Notes: generated by a model not told the origin, from the sequence alone. Counted from the first letter of the stretch, positions 28,235 to 40,731 are shown. The stretch is 64,000 nt of DNA from Thermoanaerobaculia bacterium (GCA_031403995.1 JANNGS010000036.1:1468-65467), one strand, 5' to 3'. Made by a program: numbers and translations.

Positions 28235-30436
28235 ATGAAAGGAGAACTCCTTCTAGAGGTCCGGGCCGAAGAGATCCCGGCGCGCATGCTGCCGGGGGCG
28301 ATGCAGGAACTCGGAACGCGCCTGTTCGAGGAGCTCATGGCGCGCGGCCTTTCGCCCACATCTCTGGACACGGCTTTCACTCCCAGGCGCCTCGTTCTCA
28401 TCCTCCGCGGCCTGCCGAACAAGGAAAAAGACCGGCTAGAGGAAGTCCTCGGACCGCCGGTGAAGAACGCGTTCGACGCCGAGGGCAAGCCGACGGCCGC
28501 GGTCGGCGCCTTCGCCAAGAAGTGCGAAGTCGCCGAATCCGACCTGCGCATCGTCGAAGCGGCCAAAGGCAAGATCGGCCGCACCGTCCGCACCTTCGCC
28601 GAGCAGCTCACACAGCTCTCCGCAGCCAACGCGTCCGGCGGCGGCGAGTATCTCGCGGCGACGAAGTCGATCATCGGGCGCGAGACTGTCGCCCTCTTGT
28701 CCGAGCTTTTGCCCAAGATCCTGATCGCGCTCACGTGGCAGAAGACCATGCGCTGGGGCGCGGGGACGGGGCCTTGGGTCAGGCCGGTGCATGGAGTCGT
28801 CGCCTTGTTCCAAGGGCGAGTCGTGCCTTTCGAACTCTTCGGGATTCAGTCTGGTGGCGAGTCTGCGGGGCACTCGACACTTTCGCCGAAAAGCTTTCCG
28901 GTAGAGGGGGTCGAGGACTATCTGGCGGCCTTGGGTCGGCTGGGCATCGTCGTCTTCCCGGCGGAGCGCAAGCGGCTGCTGTTGGAGCGGATGACCGCGC
29001 GCGCCGCGGCGCTCGGCGGTGTCCTGGTCGAGGACTCTGCGCTGCTCGAAAAGCTGGCGGCGATCTGCGAGATCCCGGGGGTGATGGAGGGGGCCTTCTC
29101 TCACGAGCTTTGCGCCTTGCCGCGGGAGGTGCTGGCGGCGTCGCTGCGCGATCACCAGAGCGCGTTGACGGTGGAGAAGGACGGCGCGTTGCTGCCGGTC
29201 TTCCTGACCGTCATGGACCGGCCGGACGACCCGGCGGGCCGGGTGCGCGCCGGCAACGAATGGGTCGTGGCGGCACGGCTCGCGGATGCCAAGTTCTTCT
29301 TCGAAAAGGACCGCGCCGTGGCGCTCGCCGACCGCCGGGAGGGGCTGGCGAAGCTCACTTTCCAGGAGAAGCTGGGCAGCTACGCCGAGAAGAGCACTCG
29401 GCTGGTGGCGCTTTCGGAGGCGATCGCGTCGGCGGCGGGTGTCGCTGATGTCGCTGCAGTGCGTTCTGCCGCCGAGCTGCTGAAGGTCGATCTTGCGACC
29501 GACATGGTGAAGGAGTTCACCGACCTCCAGGGCGTCGTTGGCGGGCTCTACGCCCAAGCCGAAGGTTCTGCGGAATCGGTCTGGCAGGCGATCTACGATC
29601 AGTACCGCCCGGCGGGCGCGAAGGACGCGCTGCCGCGGGGCGCGGTGGGTCAGGTGACGGCTCTCGCCGATCGACTCGACACGCTGGCCGGTTTCTTCGC
29701 CCTGGGTCTGATCCCGACGGGCTCGAAGGACCCGTTCGGCCTGCGTCGCGCGGCGCTCGGGGTCGTCCGCATCTCGCTCGAGGGTGCGCTCGACCTCGAT
29801 TTGCTCGCTGCGCTCGGCGCCGCCTTCGACCTGCTCGACGAGAAGATTCGAACAAGGGTGGACGTGGCTGCGGGGGCGCCGGCGGTTCCGTCGAAGCAGC
29901 CTTCGCGCGCGAAGGCTCTCGAGATGCTCATCGAGTTCCTGCGCGACCGGTTGACGCACGTGCTCGGCGAGCGCGGTTTCGCCTACGACGAGATCTCCGC
30001 AGCCATGGGCGCCGAAGGGGGTGCACTCGATTTCCGCGGCATCGCGGCGCGGGCAGCGGCGTTGCAGAGTCTCCGCAAGGACGTCTCTTTTGCCTCCGTC
30101 GCCCAGGCGGCGAAGCGGATCGCCAACATCACCAAGGGCAGCGCCGCTTTCTCGTTCGCACCAGCGCTGGCGACGATAGAGGCCGAAGTCCTTCTCGCGA
30201 CGGCGGCGACAGAGCTACGCGCCAGGATTCAGTCGGCGCGGGGCGACCGCGACTTCACCGCCGGACTCGCCAGCGTTCGGGAGCTCGCTGTCCCTTTGGA
30301 GCGCTTCTTTTCTGATGTGATGGTCATGGACCCCGACGAGCGCCTGAGGCAGAATCGCATCGCCCTCCTGCAGTCGATCCAGGCAGAGATCCTTTGGCTC
30401 GCCGATCTGTCCCAGGTGGTCGTCGAGAAGAGCTGA
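28235..30436 (+). CDS. glyS: Glycine--tRNA ligase beta subunit
   Basis: ATG at 28235, 5 nt after the glyQ stop. GlyS N-terminal LLLEVRAEEIPARML and an HD/anticodon-binding C-terminal region. Confidence 0.85.
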   Translation: MKGELLLEVRAEEIPARMLPGAMQELGTRLFEELMARGLSPTSLDTAFTPRRLVLILRGLPNKEKDRLEEVLGPPVKNAFDAEGKPTAAVGAFAKKCEVAESDLRIVEAAKGKIGRTVRTFAEQLTQLSAANASGGGEYLAATKSIIGRETVALLSELLPKILIALTWQKTMRWGAGTGPWVRPVHGVVALFQGRVVPFELFGIQSGGESAGHSTLSPKSFPVEGVEDYLAALGRLGIVVFPAERKRLLLERMTARAAALGGVLVEDSALLEKLAAICEIPGVMEGAFSHELCALPREVLAASLRDHQSALTVEKDGALLPVFLTVMDRPDDPAGRVRAGNEWVVAARLADAKFFFEKDRAVALADRREGLAKLTFQEKLGSYAEKSTRLVALSEAIASAAGVADVAAVRSAAELLKVDLATDMVKEFTDLQGVVGGLYAQAEGSAESVWQAIYDQYRPAGAKDALPRGAVGQVTALADRLDTLAGFFALGLIPTGSKDPFGLRRAALGVVRISLEGALDLDLLAALGAAFDLLDEKIRTRVDVAAGAPAVPSKQPSRAKALEMLIEFLRDRLTHVLGERGFAYDEISAAMGAEGGALDFRGIAARAAALQSLRKDVSFASVAQAAKRIANITKGSAAFSFAPALATIEAEVLLATAATELRARIQSARGDRDFTAGLASVRELAVPLERFFSDVMVMDPDERLRQNRIALLQSIQAEILWLADLSQVVVEKS

Positions 30437-30591
30437 GTTCGATCCGGATGCAAGTTTCCCTTCGGAGCCACCTCTTCGGATGGCCCCGAATGTCGCTCCG
30501 CATTGTCAGAGATTCGGGCCAGGTCGGCGATAGGATTCGCGGCAGCGCTTCGGAGATGCCGGTTGAGACGGTTCGTGGAGGGAATCGCGTG

Positions 30592-33303
30592 ATGGGCAAC
30601 AAGTGGGTCTACGGCTTCGACCAGCTGGCGAGCGCCGAAAGCGCGGCGGGGAGTTGGGACGCGGTCCGCGGCCTGCTCGGAGGCAAGGGCGCGAACCTGG
30701 CCGACATGACGCGACTCGGCCTGCCGGTGCCGCCCGGATTCACCGTCACCACCGCCGCCTGCAACGCCTATCTCGCCGCCGGCGAACAGATGCCGGAAGG
30801 CCTCTGGGAGGAGGCGCGCGCGGCGCTCAGTCGGCTCGAGGCGATGACCGGCAAGCGTTTCGGCGACGCTGCGAACCCGCTGCTCGTCTCCTGCCGCTCC
30901 GGAGCGCGCTTCTCGATGCCGGGCATGATGGACACGGTGCTCAACATCGGCCTCAACGACGAGGTCGCGGGAGGTCTCGAGCGCCTCAGCGGCGACGCGC
31001 GATTCGCCTTCGACAGCTATCGCCGGCTGGTGCAGATGTTCGGTTCGGTGGTGATGGAGGTCGCCGACGAGCCGTTCGAAGAGGTGCTGACGGAGGCCCG
31101 CAATCGGGCCGGGGTCGCGCGCGACTCCGACCTCGGCGCCGACGATTGGCGGCGGGTGACCGGGGAGTTCAAGGCGATCATCGAGCGCCAGACGGGCCGG
31201 CCGTTCCCGCAGGACCCGCGGGAGCAAATCCGGCTCGCCACGGAAGCAGTTTTCCGCAGCTGGAACGGTCGCCGCGCCGTCGACTACAGGAACGCCGCCA
31301 AGATTGCCCACGACCTGGGCACGGCGGTCAACATCTGTGCCATGGTCTTCGGCAATCTCGGCGACGACTCGGCAACCGGCGTCGCGATGACCCGCAGCGG
31401 GGCGACCGGCGCGCCGGGGATCGAAGGCGACTACCTCACCAACGCCCAGGGCGAGGATGTGGTCGCCGGCGTCCGGATGACGAAACCGATCGAGCAACTG
31501 CGGAGCGAGATGCCGGCAGCCTATGCCGAGTTCGAGGCAATCGCCGGAAAGCTCGAGCGCCACTATCGCGACATGCAGGATGTCGAGTTCACCATCGAGC
31601 GCCGCAAGCTCTGGATGCTGCAGACCCGCGACGCCAAGCGCACCGCCCAGGCCGCCGTGCGCATCGCCGTCGACATGGTGAACGAGGGGTTGATCACCCG
31701 CGAACAGGCGGTGCTCCGCGTATCGCCCGACCAGGTCGACTTTTTTCTTCACCCACAGTTTGAAAGAAGCTCGGTAAAGAGGGCGATCGAGGCCCACGCT
31801 CGATTGGCGGTCGGATTGAACGTCTCCCCAGGCGCAGCGGTGGGCGTCATCGCGTTCGACGCCGATGTCGCTGAGCGCTGGGCGAAAGACTCCCATCGAC
31901 CGGTCATCATGGTTCGACCGGAGACCAAGCCGGACGACGTGCACGGCATGCTCGCTGCGAAGGGCCTTCTGACGAGCCGCGGAGGTCGCACCAGCCACGC
32001 GGCACTCGTCGCCCGCCAGTTCGGCAAGCCCGCGGTGGTCGGAGTGGCGGAGCTCGAGATCGACCTCGAGTCACGCACGATGCGGGTCGCGTCGCGGACC
32101 TTTGCCGAAGGCGACTGGATCTCGATCGACGGCACCTCGGGAGAGGTTTTTGCCGGCGAGCTCACCACCATCGTCCCCGATCTCAAGGATCCTTATTTGC
32201 TGAAGCTTCTGTCTTGGGCCGACACCGAACGTCGCCTTCAGGTCTGGGCGAATGCCGACTATCCCGCCGACGCCGAGCGGGCGCGCGAATACGGCGCGCA
32301 GGGCATCGGCCTCTGCCGCACGGAGCACATGTTCTTCGAGACGGAGAGGATGCCGGTGGTGCAGCGGATGATCCTCGCCAAAGACGAACCGAAAGTCGTG
32401 GCCGAGTGCCTCGAAGTCCTGCTGTCGCATCAACGGAAGGACTTCTACGGTCTTTTCAAGGCGATGGACGGGCTGCCGGTGATCGTGCGACTGATCGACC
32501 CGCCGCTGCACGAGTTTCTTCCCGGCCATCTCGAGGTCGCGATGGAGGTCGAGAGGCTCGAGGAGTCCGGTGCGGATCCGGCGGCGCTCGCCGAGCGTCG
32601 GCACGTTCTGACGGCTGTGCAGCGACTGAGCGAGTCGAACCCGATGCTCGGCCTGCGCGGGGTGCGCCTCGGAATTCACATGGCGGCTCTCACCCGCATG
32701 CAGGTGCGGGCGATCTTCGAGGCCGCTTGCCAGGCGGCGAGCGAAGGGATCGACGTTCATCCCGAGGTGATGATTCCGCTGGTCGGGCACTGGCGCGAGC
32801 TCGAGGTCCAGCAGCAAGCGCTCGAACAGGAGGCGGTGAAGGTGATGGCCGAGCAGGGCCGGCGGGTGAGCTACAAATTCGGCACGATGATCGAGATCCC
32901 GCGCGCCGCCCTGACCGCCGATGAGCTCGCGCGGTTCGCCCAGTTCTTCTCCTTCGGCACCAACGACCTGACGCAGATGACCTTCGGGATCTCGCGCGAC
33001 GACGCCGAGAAGGGATTTCTGCTCGAGTACCTGGCGAAATCGATCCTGCCCGAGAACCCGTTCGCCTCGATCGACGAGGCGGGCGTCGGCAAGCTCATGA
33101 GGATGGCGGTCGAGTTGGGGAGACAGACCCGCCCCGGCATGGAGATCGGCATTTGCGGCGAGCACGGCGGCGATCCGAAGTCGGTCGCCTTCTGCCACAC
33201 GATCGGCCTCGACTATGTCTCCTGCTCCCCCTTCCGCATTCCCATCGCCCGCCTTGCGGCGGCCCACGCCGCGCTCAGAGAGCGTGGCATGACGGCGAAA
33301 TAG
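30592..33303 (+). CDS. ppdK: Pyruvate, phosphate dikinase
   Basis: ATG at 30592 after GGAGGG. PPDK motifs: GGKGANLAEM-like (GGKGANLADM), the phospho-His region GGRTSHAALVARQFGKPAVVG, and a C-terminal PEP-utilising TIM barrel (NDLTQMTFGISRDD; CGEHGGDP). Confidence 0.9.
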   Translation: MGNKWVYGFDQLASAESAAGSWDAVRGLLGGKGANLADMTRLGLPVPPGFTVTTAACNAYLAAGEQMPEGLWEEARAALSRLEAMTGKRFGDAANPLLVSCRSGARFSMPGMMDTVLNIGLNDEVAGGLERLSGDARFAFDSYRRLVQMFGSVVMEVADEPFEEVLTEARNRAGVARDSDLGADDWRRVTGEFKAIIERQTGRPFPQDPREQIRLATEAVFRSWNGRRAVDYRNAAKIAHDLGTAVNICAMVFGNLGDDSATGVAMTRSGATGAPGIEGDYLTNAQGEDVVAGVRMTKPIEQLRSEMPAAYAEFEAIAGKLERHYRDMQDVEFTIERRKLWMLQTRDAKRTAQAAVRIAVDMVNEGLITREQAVLRVSPDQVDFFLHPQFERSSVKRAIEAHARLAVGLNVSPGAAVGVIAFDADVAERWAKDSHRPVIMVRPETKPDDVHGMLAAKGLLTSRGGRTSHAALVARQFGKPAVVGVAELEIDLESRTMRVASRTFAEGDWISIDGTSGEVFAGELTTIVPDLKDPYLLKLLSWADTERRLQVWANADYPADAERAREYGAQGIGLCRTEHMFFETERMPVVQRMILAKDEPKVVAECLEVLLSHQRKDFYGLFKAMDGLPVIVRLIDPPLHEFLPGHLEVAMEVERLEESGADPAALAERRHVLTAVQRLSESNPMLGLRGVRLGIHMAALTRMQVRAIFEAACQAASEGIDVHPEVMIPLVGHWRELEVQQQALEQEAVKVMAEQGRRVSYKFGTMIEIPRAALTADELARFAQFFSFGTNDLTQMTFGISRDDAEKGFLLEYLAKSILPENPFASIDEAGVGKLMRMAVELGRQTRPGMEIGICGEHGGDPKSVAFCHTIGLDYVSCSPFRIPIARLAAAHAALRERGMTAK

Positions 33304-33317
33304 GGGAGCGCGGCGGC

Positions 33318-34610
33318 TTGCCACCGGAGGGGAAACTCCCGAGTCCCACGCGCTCCGGGACAGGCCTGCCTGCGCCACCCACGGGCCTCCTCACCGGCTG
33401 CTGGCGGGACTTCCGCCGCCTCGACTGGAAGTGGCATTTCCTGGCACTGGCGACGCTCATCGGCGTCCTCGCGGTCCATGCGGCGGCGGTCCTGCGGTCG
33501 GACTCGCCGACCATCGACGAGGCGACCTACGAGCGCGCGTTCGCTGCCGTCGCCGAAGGGCGTTCTCCCTACCAGAGTCCCGGCTACTACTACCCGGCCG
33601 CCTTCGCTTACTTCGGAGCGTTCCTCGTCGAAGGGCTCGGCGTCAACGGGGCACGGACTCTCTTCCGCTGGCTCAACCTGGGCGGCTCAGCCCTGACCTG
33701 CTGGCTTGCTGCCGCCTGGTGGTGGAGCACCGGCCGCAGCGTGCGCACGCGCTTCACCGAGCGCCTTCTGGTCGCGTTGGTGCTCATGCTGGTCGCGCCC
33801 GGGGTCGGCGCCGGCCTCGCCACCGGGAACTTCTCGCTGACGGCTTCCTCCTGGATCAACTTGGCGCTCCACACGGCGGGCTCCTGGCCAATCCTCGCCG
33901 GCGCCATTCTGGGAGCCAGTCTGATCACCAAGCCGCTCGCGGCGATCGTCCTGCCGGTCTTCGCCGGCGCCGCGCTCTCGCCCCGCGCCGGGCGCATGAT
34001 CTCTCCGGTCACCGTCGTCGTCGCCTCCGTCCTCGCGAGTGGCGGCTTTCTGCTGCTGCCCTATTTCAGCGAGATGCTGGCCCTCGAGGTCATGGAGGGG
34101 ACGCTCGGAGGGACGATATCGCTGCTCAGGGTCGCGCACCTCTTCGACTTCGAACTCCACCAGGTGCTCCTGCTCGTCCTGCTGTCGCCGCTCGCCTTCC
34201 TGGCGGGCCGGCGGTACGCGACCGACCGCGTCGCGCTGATCTGTAGCTCTCTGGCGTTGGTGATGGTCACCTCGCCGGCGATCTGGCCCTACACCGCGAC
34301 GGTCTTCTTCCCCGTTCCGGTGATGGCGCTCTCGGTGGCGCGCTCGCGCTACGAGGCGCGCTACCTCGGTCCGGTCCCGGCGCGCCAGGCAGGGCTCGAG
34401 GTCATCCTGGTCGCGGCGCTCGCGATCGCGGTCCTCTTCCTCAACGGCGGTGCTTTCGATCGCCTGCCGCGGGGACCGCAGATCGTGCTCCTCCTGGCGC
34501 AGCTCGCAGCTCCGGTGCTGCTCGCCGGATACGTCCTGCGGTCGGCCGCGTCCCGGCAGTCGGGGGAGTTCTCGGCGGCCGCCGAAACGCCCGATAGACT
34601 GTCGGCATGA
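33318..34610 (+). CDS. Polytopic membrane protein, GT87/DUF2029-like glycosyltransferase candidate (non-ATG start)
   Basis: ~10 predicted TM helices, Trp/aromatic-rich loops and no N-terminal Met codon. In-frame TTG at 33318 immediately after the ppdK stop. Stop overlaps the mutL ATG (ATGA). Family call is tentative. Confidence 0.5.
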   Translation: MPPEGKLPSPTRSGTGLPAPPTGLLTGCWRDFRRLDWKWHFLALATLIGVLAVHAAAVLRSDSPTIDEATYERAFAAVAEGRSPYQSPGYYYPAAFAYFGAFLVEGLGVNGARTLFRWLNLGGSALTCWLAAAWWWSTGRSVRTRFTERLLVALVLMLVAPGVGAGLATGNFSLTASSWINLALHTAGSWPILAGAILGASLITKPLAAIVLPVFAGAALSPRAGRMISPVTVVVASVLASGGFLLLPYFSEMLALEVMEGTLGGTISLLRVAHLFDFELHQVLLLVLLSPLAFLAGRRYATDRVALICSSLALVMVTSPAIWPYTATVFFPVPVMALSVARSRYEARYLGPVPARQAGLEVILVAALAIAVLFLNGGAFDRLPRGPQIVLLLAQLAAPVLLAGYVLRSAASRQSGEFSAAAETPDRLSA

Positions 34611-36424
34611 CCCGCATCCGCATCCTCGACGACCGCCTCGTCTCGCAGATCGCTGCCGGGGAGGTCGTAGAACGGCCGTCTTCGGTCGTCAAGGAGCTGG
34701 TCGAGAACGCCCTCGACGCCGGGGCGACGCGGATCGAGATCGATCTCGAGGGGGGAGGACGGCAGCGCATGCGGATCGCCGACGACGGCACCGGGATGGA
34801 CCGCGACGACGCGCTCCTCGCCTTCGACCGCCACGCGACGAGCAAGATCGCCTCGATGGCCGACCTCGAGCAGGTGGCGACGCTCGGCTTCCGCGGCGAG
34901 GCGCTGGCGACGATCGCCGCCGTCGCCAAGGTCGAGCTCACCACCGCGACCGCGCCGGGAGAGGGGACCCGCGTGCTCCTCGAGGGCGGCCGGATCCTCG
35001 CGGTCGAGCCCACCGCCCGCACCCGCGGCACGACGATCGACGTCGCCTCGCTGTTCTTCAACGTCCCGGCGCGGCGCAAGTTCTTGAAGTCCCGCGAGAC
35101 CGAGCTGCGCCGCTGCGTCGAGGTAGTCGAGGGGTACGTCCTTGCCAGGCCTGACGTTTCTTTTCGTTTGAGAAGCGAAGGCCGCGTCTTGCTGGAGACT
35201 TCGGCGCAGGTTTCCGGCGACGACGCCCAATCGGAGGGATTGCGCCGGCGCATCGGCGAAGTGTTCGGCGAGGCGTTTGAAAAGCTGCTGGTAAAGGTGG
35301 GTGAGTCCGACTCTTCGCTGGCGGGTGCGGGGCGCGTCTTTCACGGTTTCGTCGGTTCTCCGGCGACCGCTCGAGGGGCGCGCCGTAGCTTCGTGTTCGT
35401 GAATCGCCGGCTGGTGCGCGACCGGGCGGTGCTCGCGACCTTCTACCGCGCGGTGCGGGATGAGTGGCGCAGCGACGACTTTCCCCCTCTTTTTCTATTT
35501 ATCGAGCTTTTGCCTTTCGACGTCGACGTCAACGTCCACCCGCAGAAGGCGGAAGTGCGATTCCGGGATCCGCGGCTGATGGACCGGCTCGGAGAGCAGC
35601 TGCGGCTGGCGCTCGCTCGCGCCCGGGGGGAAGAGGTGGCGCCGCTGCGCACGGCCTCTGGTTTGCCTGACGCTCCGTTCGCCTGGGAGGGATTTGGCGG
35701 GCGGAGCTTTCCGGGTGAGTCCGACTTTCCGAGCGAAGTTCGTGAGGCTCCTTCGTCGGCCGAAGTCGGACGGGCCGTGCACCTCGCCGAGCTCTCGCTG
35801 GCGCCGCTCGACCGGGCACCTGTGCCGCTGTCGGGGCGCGGCGGTGAGACCCGGCGCTTCCGGCTGCTGGGACAGTACAAAGGCGCGCTCATCCTCCTCG
35901 AGGGCCCGGACGGGCTCTACCTCATCGATCAGCACGTCGCCCACGAGCGCGTTCTGTACGAGCGCTTCCGTCGTTCGCTCGGCGAGTCGCGGGCCGAGTC
36001 GCAGCGTCTCGTCGCGCCGTTGGTGTTGGAGCTCTCGCGCGGCGAACGGATGCGGCTCGTCGAGCTCGCCCCGGCGCTCGAACCGGCCGGTTTCGAGATC
36101 TCGGAGCTTTCGGGCGGGTCGCTGGCGGTCGTCGCGACGCCGGCGGTGCTCTCGCCGGCCGAAGGAGAGGCGCTGCTCCTGCTCCTCGCGGCGGACGGCG
36201 AGGCTTCGCCCGAGAACCTCGGGCAGCGGATCCTCGACGACTTCGCCGCCAGTCTCGCCTGCAAGGCGGCGGTCAAGATGCACCATGCCCTGTCGGCGGA
36301 GAAGCTCGAGGCGCTGGTCTCCGAGCTCTTCGCCGCCGAGAACCCCTACGCCTGCCCGCACGGCCGGCCCGTCGTGCTGCACCTGACCGATGCCGATCTC
36401 GAGCGGCGGTTCGGGCGGCGATGA
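34607..36424 (+). CDS. mutL: DNA mismatch repair protein MutL
   Basis: GHKL ATPase motifs (IAAGEVVERPSSVVKELVENALDAGAT; DDGTGM) and a C-terminal dimerisation domain. Confidence 0.85.
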   Translation: MTRIRILDDRLVSQIAAGEVVERPSSVVKELVENALDAGATRIEIDLEGGGRQRMRIADDGTGMDRDDALLAFDRHATSKIASMADLEQVATLGFRGEALATIAAVAKVELTTATAPGEGTRVLLEGGRILAVEPTARTRGTTIDVASLFFNVPARRKFLKSRETELRRCVEVVEGYVLARPDVSFRLRSEGRVLLETSAQVSGDDAQSEGLRRRIGEVFGEAFEKLLVKVGESDSSLAGAGRVFHGFVGSPATARGARRSFVFVNRRLVRDRAVLATFYRAVRDEWRSDDFPPLFLFIELLPFDVDVNVHPQKAEVRFRDPRLMDRLGEQLRLALARARGEEVAPLRTASGLPDAPFAWEGFGGRSFPGESDFPSEVREAPSSAEVGRAVHLAELSLAPLDRAPVPLSGRGGETRRFRLLGQYKGALILLEGPDGLYLIDQHVAHERVLYERFRRSLGESRAESQRLVAPLVLELSRGERMRLVELAPALEPAGFEISELSGGSLAVVATPAVLSPAEGEALLLLLAADGEASPENLGQRILDDFAASLACKAAVKMHHALSAEKLEALVSELFAAENPYACPHGRPVVLHLTDADLERRFGRR

Positions 36425-36460
36425 GCGCGACCCCTTCCGATAACGCCTAGAATCTCTGCC

Positions 36461-37195
36461 GTGGCCGATCGCAGCGAACTCCTGGCAGGGCTCGAGTCCC
36501 GTCTCGGGTACACGTTCCGCAATCGCGAGCTGGTCGACGACGCCCTGACCCACCGTTCCTGGGCGAACGAGGCGGGCGGCGTCTCCCACTACGAGCGGAT
36601 CGAGTTCCTGGGCGATGCCGTGCTCGGTCTGGTCACCGCGGATTGGCTTTTCGAGCTCCATGCGAACCGCGCCGAGGGCGAGCTCTCGCTGCGCAAGTCG
36701 ATGCTGGTGAGCGAGGGCTCATTGGCGAGTTACGCCGAAAAGATCGCGCTGGGTGAGGGCCTGCGGTTGGGGGCCGGAGAAGAGCGTTCGGGGGGACGCC
36801 TCAAGGTGTCGCTTCTCGCCGACGTGCTCGAAGCGCTCTTCGGTGCGGTCTATCTCGACGCTGGATTCGATGCGGCGCGCCGGGTCGTGCGCCTGTATCT
36901 CGAGAGCGCGAGCGAGCGGCCGCTCGAACAGCGTGCGGTCGACCCCAAGACGACTCTCCAGGAACAGGTCCAGGCGCGCGGCTGGCCGTTGCCGGCCTAC
37001 AGCGTGGTGGAGGAGGGCGGCCCCGACCACGACAAGATCTTCACCGTCGAGGTGCGGATTCGCGGTGACCTCGCCGGCCGGGGCATCGGGCGAACCAAGA
37101 AGGGCGCCGAGCAGGCGGCGGCTGGCGGCGCCCTGGCGGTGCTCGACGAACTGGAGAAGGGCGCCGGACCGGTTGCCGACAGTCCTCCGGGTTGA
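36461..37195 (+). CDS. rnc: Ribonuclease III
   Basis: ERLEFLGDAVL catalytic signature (here ERIEFLGDAVLGL) plus a C-terminal dsRBD. GTG start. Confidence 0.85.
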   Translation: MADRSELLAGLESRLGYTFRNRELVDDALTHRSWANEAGGVSHYERIEFLGDAVLGLVTADWLFELHANRAEGELSLRKSMLVSEGSLASYAEKIALGEGLRLGAGEERSGGRLKVSLLADVLEALFGAVYLDAGFDAARRVVRLYLESASERPLEQRAVDPKTTLQEQVQARGWPLPAYSVVEEGGPDHDKIFTVEVRIRGDLAGRGIGRTKKGAEQAAAGGALAVLDELEKGAGPVADSPPG

Positions 37196-37219
37196 CCGTT
37201 TCGCCTCCCGGTTTCTACA

Positions 37220-38520
<1,301 letters not shown>

Positions 38521-38530
<10 letters not shown>

Positions 38531-40203
38531 GGGGAAGAAGCCAACTCCTTCGAGTAAAGCCGCTTGGCCGTCTCGGAGAGCAAGGTTAGCTGGAATTCTG
38601 GCCCCTCTCGAAGGAGGTCGATGAGGTCCCTGGGAGACTTGGCACTTCGGGGTGGCCTTGAAGATCGAGTTTCCTTGAGAACAAGCTCATCACCCACCAA
38701 GTCGAGGACACGTAGCCGCTGCTTTAGGCGGCTCCCAGAATACTGAGATAGATCCAGCAGATAAACCTCGGAACGCTTCCCAGCTGCGTGCTTCGCCGAG
38801 AGACTCGAACTCACAATATGAAGCATTCGGAGGTCCGTTAGACCTTGAACGAGACTGTACTCGTAGCGGTTGATTTCTTTGTCGTGGAAATCGACCCCCA
38901 GGAAAGTGATGTGTTGAGACTCAAGTAGGAATGTACGCACGATTCCAAGTGCCGCGACCAACGCCTCTGATCTACCCTTCTGCGCCGCCGCGTCCTCTTC
39001 GAGCTCCTGCAGCTTCGTCTTCGCAGCCTGGCCGGCGGCATTGTTAACGTCTTGCACGCCCGCGGAACGGGCCTTGGGCCTTCTTCGCGCTACTTGGATT
39101 GCATCAGCACATAGCGTTAGGAAGTCCCTAGGTACTCCGCCAGAGGCGAGCACTAGGCGATCGATTGCCGGTGAGGAAAGAAAATCGCTTACTCGGTGCA
39201 TTCCGGCTTCAGTCGCGTATCCCTGAAGCACATCTCGCAGGAAGGACTTAGCCTTCTTCGGCTCTTCAAGCGTGACATCCAAGTCCACAAGTACCGCATC
39301 GTGACCGGTTTGAAGTCCGAGTGGCGGGTTCGGAGAGAACCATCGCATTTGATGTTTGATGCCAGCTGCCTTGATCCAGATTTGGTTGTCCCTACATATT
39401 CCGTGAAGAAGGTCCAGAAAACCGGGTACTTCGTCCACCGACAGGTAATGGAGGTCGTCTAGAAAGATGAAGATGGAGCGACCTGAATGGCTCGTAAAAT
39501 GCGCGAGCAGCTGCTGCAGGTCTCCGCCGAGAATGCGTACCTTCGTTGAGTCGGATGTGACGTAGAGGAGTTCGTCCACTCGCCTCAGACACTGCTGTAT
39601 TTCGCTATCCAAGAGCGATCTTTGGGAATTTTGCTTGAAATTTGCCAGAGCGATACGACAGATTCGCTGGGCCACAGATAGGAATGCCTTTGTCCTGCTG
39701 AGGCCCCGAATGGACTGCATGTTGAGCCAAACGGCAAGGTCGCCGCGTTCCTCAACTCGTCGCCTCGCTTCGAGCATGAGCGCCGTCTTTCCAACTCCGC
39801 GACGTCCGAAGATCAGCGTATTGCGCGGGGCGAGGGCAAGCTTGATGCGCTCTGCGACATCTGGGACGTATTGAATACTGGGTTGAGCTTCAGAAGCTCT
39901 GGAGCGTGCGAAAATGATCTCAATCAACCGAGTAACCTCTCCGGAGTTCACAGTGAGAGGCGACGATCGCACGTTGGACAAGCTGCCTGATTCAGCGAGC
40001 CGAACTACAACGAAGCCATTCTCAATGTGCGGGTCAATTTCCGAGGCAACTCGCTGCGCATGGTCTTCGCCCGAGCCCACCTCCACGATAACGATAGTCT
40101 CGCTAGGGAAGGCACGAACGTGAACGCCGCGGGGCTCGATTCCTCTTCTGCGGAATTCATCGAGAACGAAGTCGTGGAGCGAACTCTCTGACTGTTGTTT
40201 CAT
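38521..40203 (-). CDS. P-loop NTPase (~560 aa) with arginine-containing Walker A (GRRGVGKT) and DD-box Walker B (IFIFLDDLHYL); Arch_ATPase/Orc-Cdc6-like AAA+ candidate with an extra N-terminal ~110-aa domain
   Basis: ATG at 40203 with GAGGG 5 nt upstream, in an ATGA overlap with the stop of the upstream small gene. Its 3' end overlaps the convergent asnS 3' end by 10 bp. The family guess (PF01637-like) is from memory of the GxRRxGKT P-loop. Confidence 0.6.
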
Positions 40204-40718
40204 AAGCATCCCTCGGATCTGAGGAAACCCTTGCAAATTGGGATCAGCTCAGCTGACCAGGCGACGATTTCCCCTGCAGTCTCTCGAAAACTCGCCTCGG
40301 ACTTTGGGTACGGATCATAGTCGGCACGATTCCTTTCCAGCCGAGCATCTTTGAGCCTTCGAGCCCAAAGGTCGCGCGAGGGGAACGCGTCGGGAACAGC
40401 TCCTGGAAGGGACTCGTGTCGCTGGTTGTCGTCGCCCGCGAATGTGAAGAATGCTGCGGCCCTGAGGCAATGGTAGAGAGAGTAGTAGCCCCGACTAGTA
40501 GCTGAACGAAACTGTGGAGGTTGAGACTTCAGCAATGCCTTCGCTTGCCTCGAGAGGCGCGATGCAAATTCGAGGCGAGCAAGAGCAGCTTTGGTGCGCA
40601 GCACATCGGTGGAGACCCCGGATCTCGCGTGAAGGTCGCAACCTTCCTTCCAAAGTGCCAGTTCACTTTTCGTGACTTTCGAGACCCTCACCAGTCGGTC
40701 GATGGGCAATCGTGCCAT
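40200..40718 (-). CDS. Small alpha-helical protein (172 aa) upstream of and translationally coupled to the islet NTPase; possible HEPN-like or regulatory partner
   Basis: Sits in the islet with the same low-GC codon usage. Contains RGYYSLYHCLRAAAF and a C-terminal ERNRADYDPY segment, reminiscent of but not matching the HEPN Rx4-6H motif. Confidence 0.45.
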   Translation of the reverse strand: MARLPIDRLVRVSKVTKSELALWKEGCDLHARSGVSTDVLRTKAALARLEFASRLSRQAKALLKSQPPQFRSATSRGYYSLYHCLRAAAFFTFAGDDNQRHESLPGAVPDAFPSRDLWARRLKDARLERNRADYDPYPKSEASFRETAGEIVAWSAELIPICKGFLRSEGCL

Positions 40719-40731
40719 TTGAAGGAAAACT

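Noticed and set aside
31741-31790. Short AT-rich stretch inside ppdK (gacttttttcttcacccacagtttgaaag)
   Set aside because: Encodes the conserved PPDK linker (DFFLHPQFE) in frame. Ordinary coding sequence, not an insertion.
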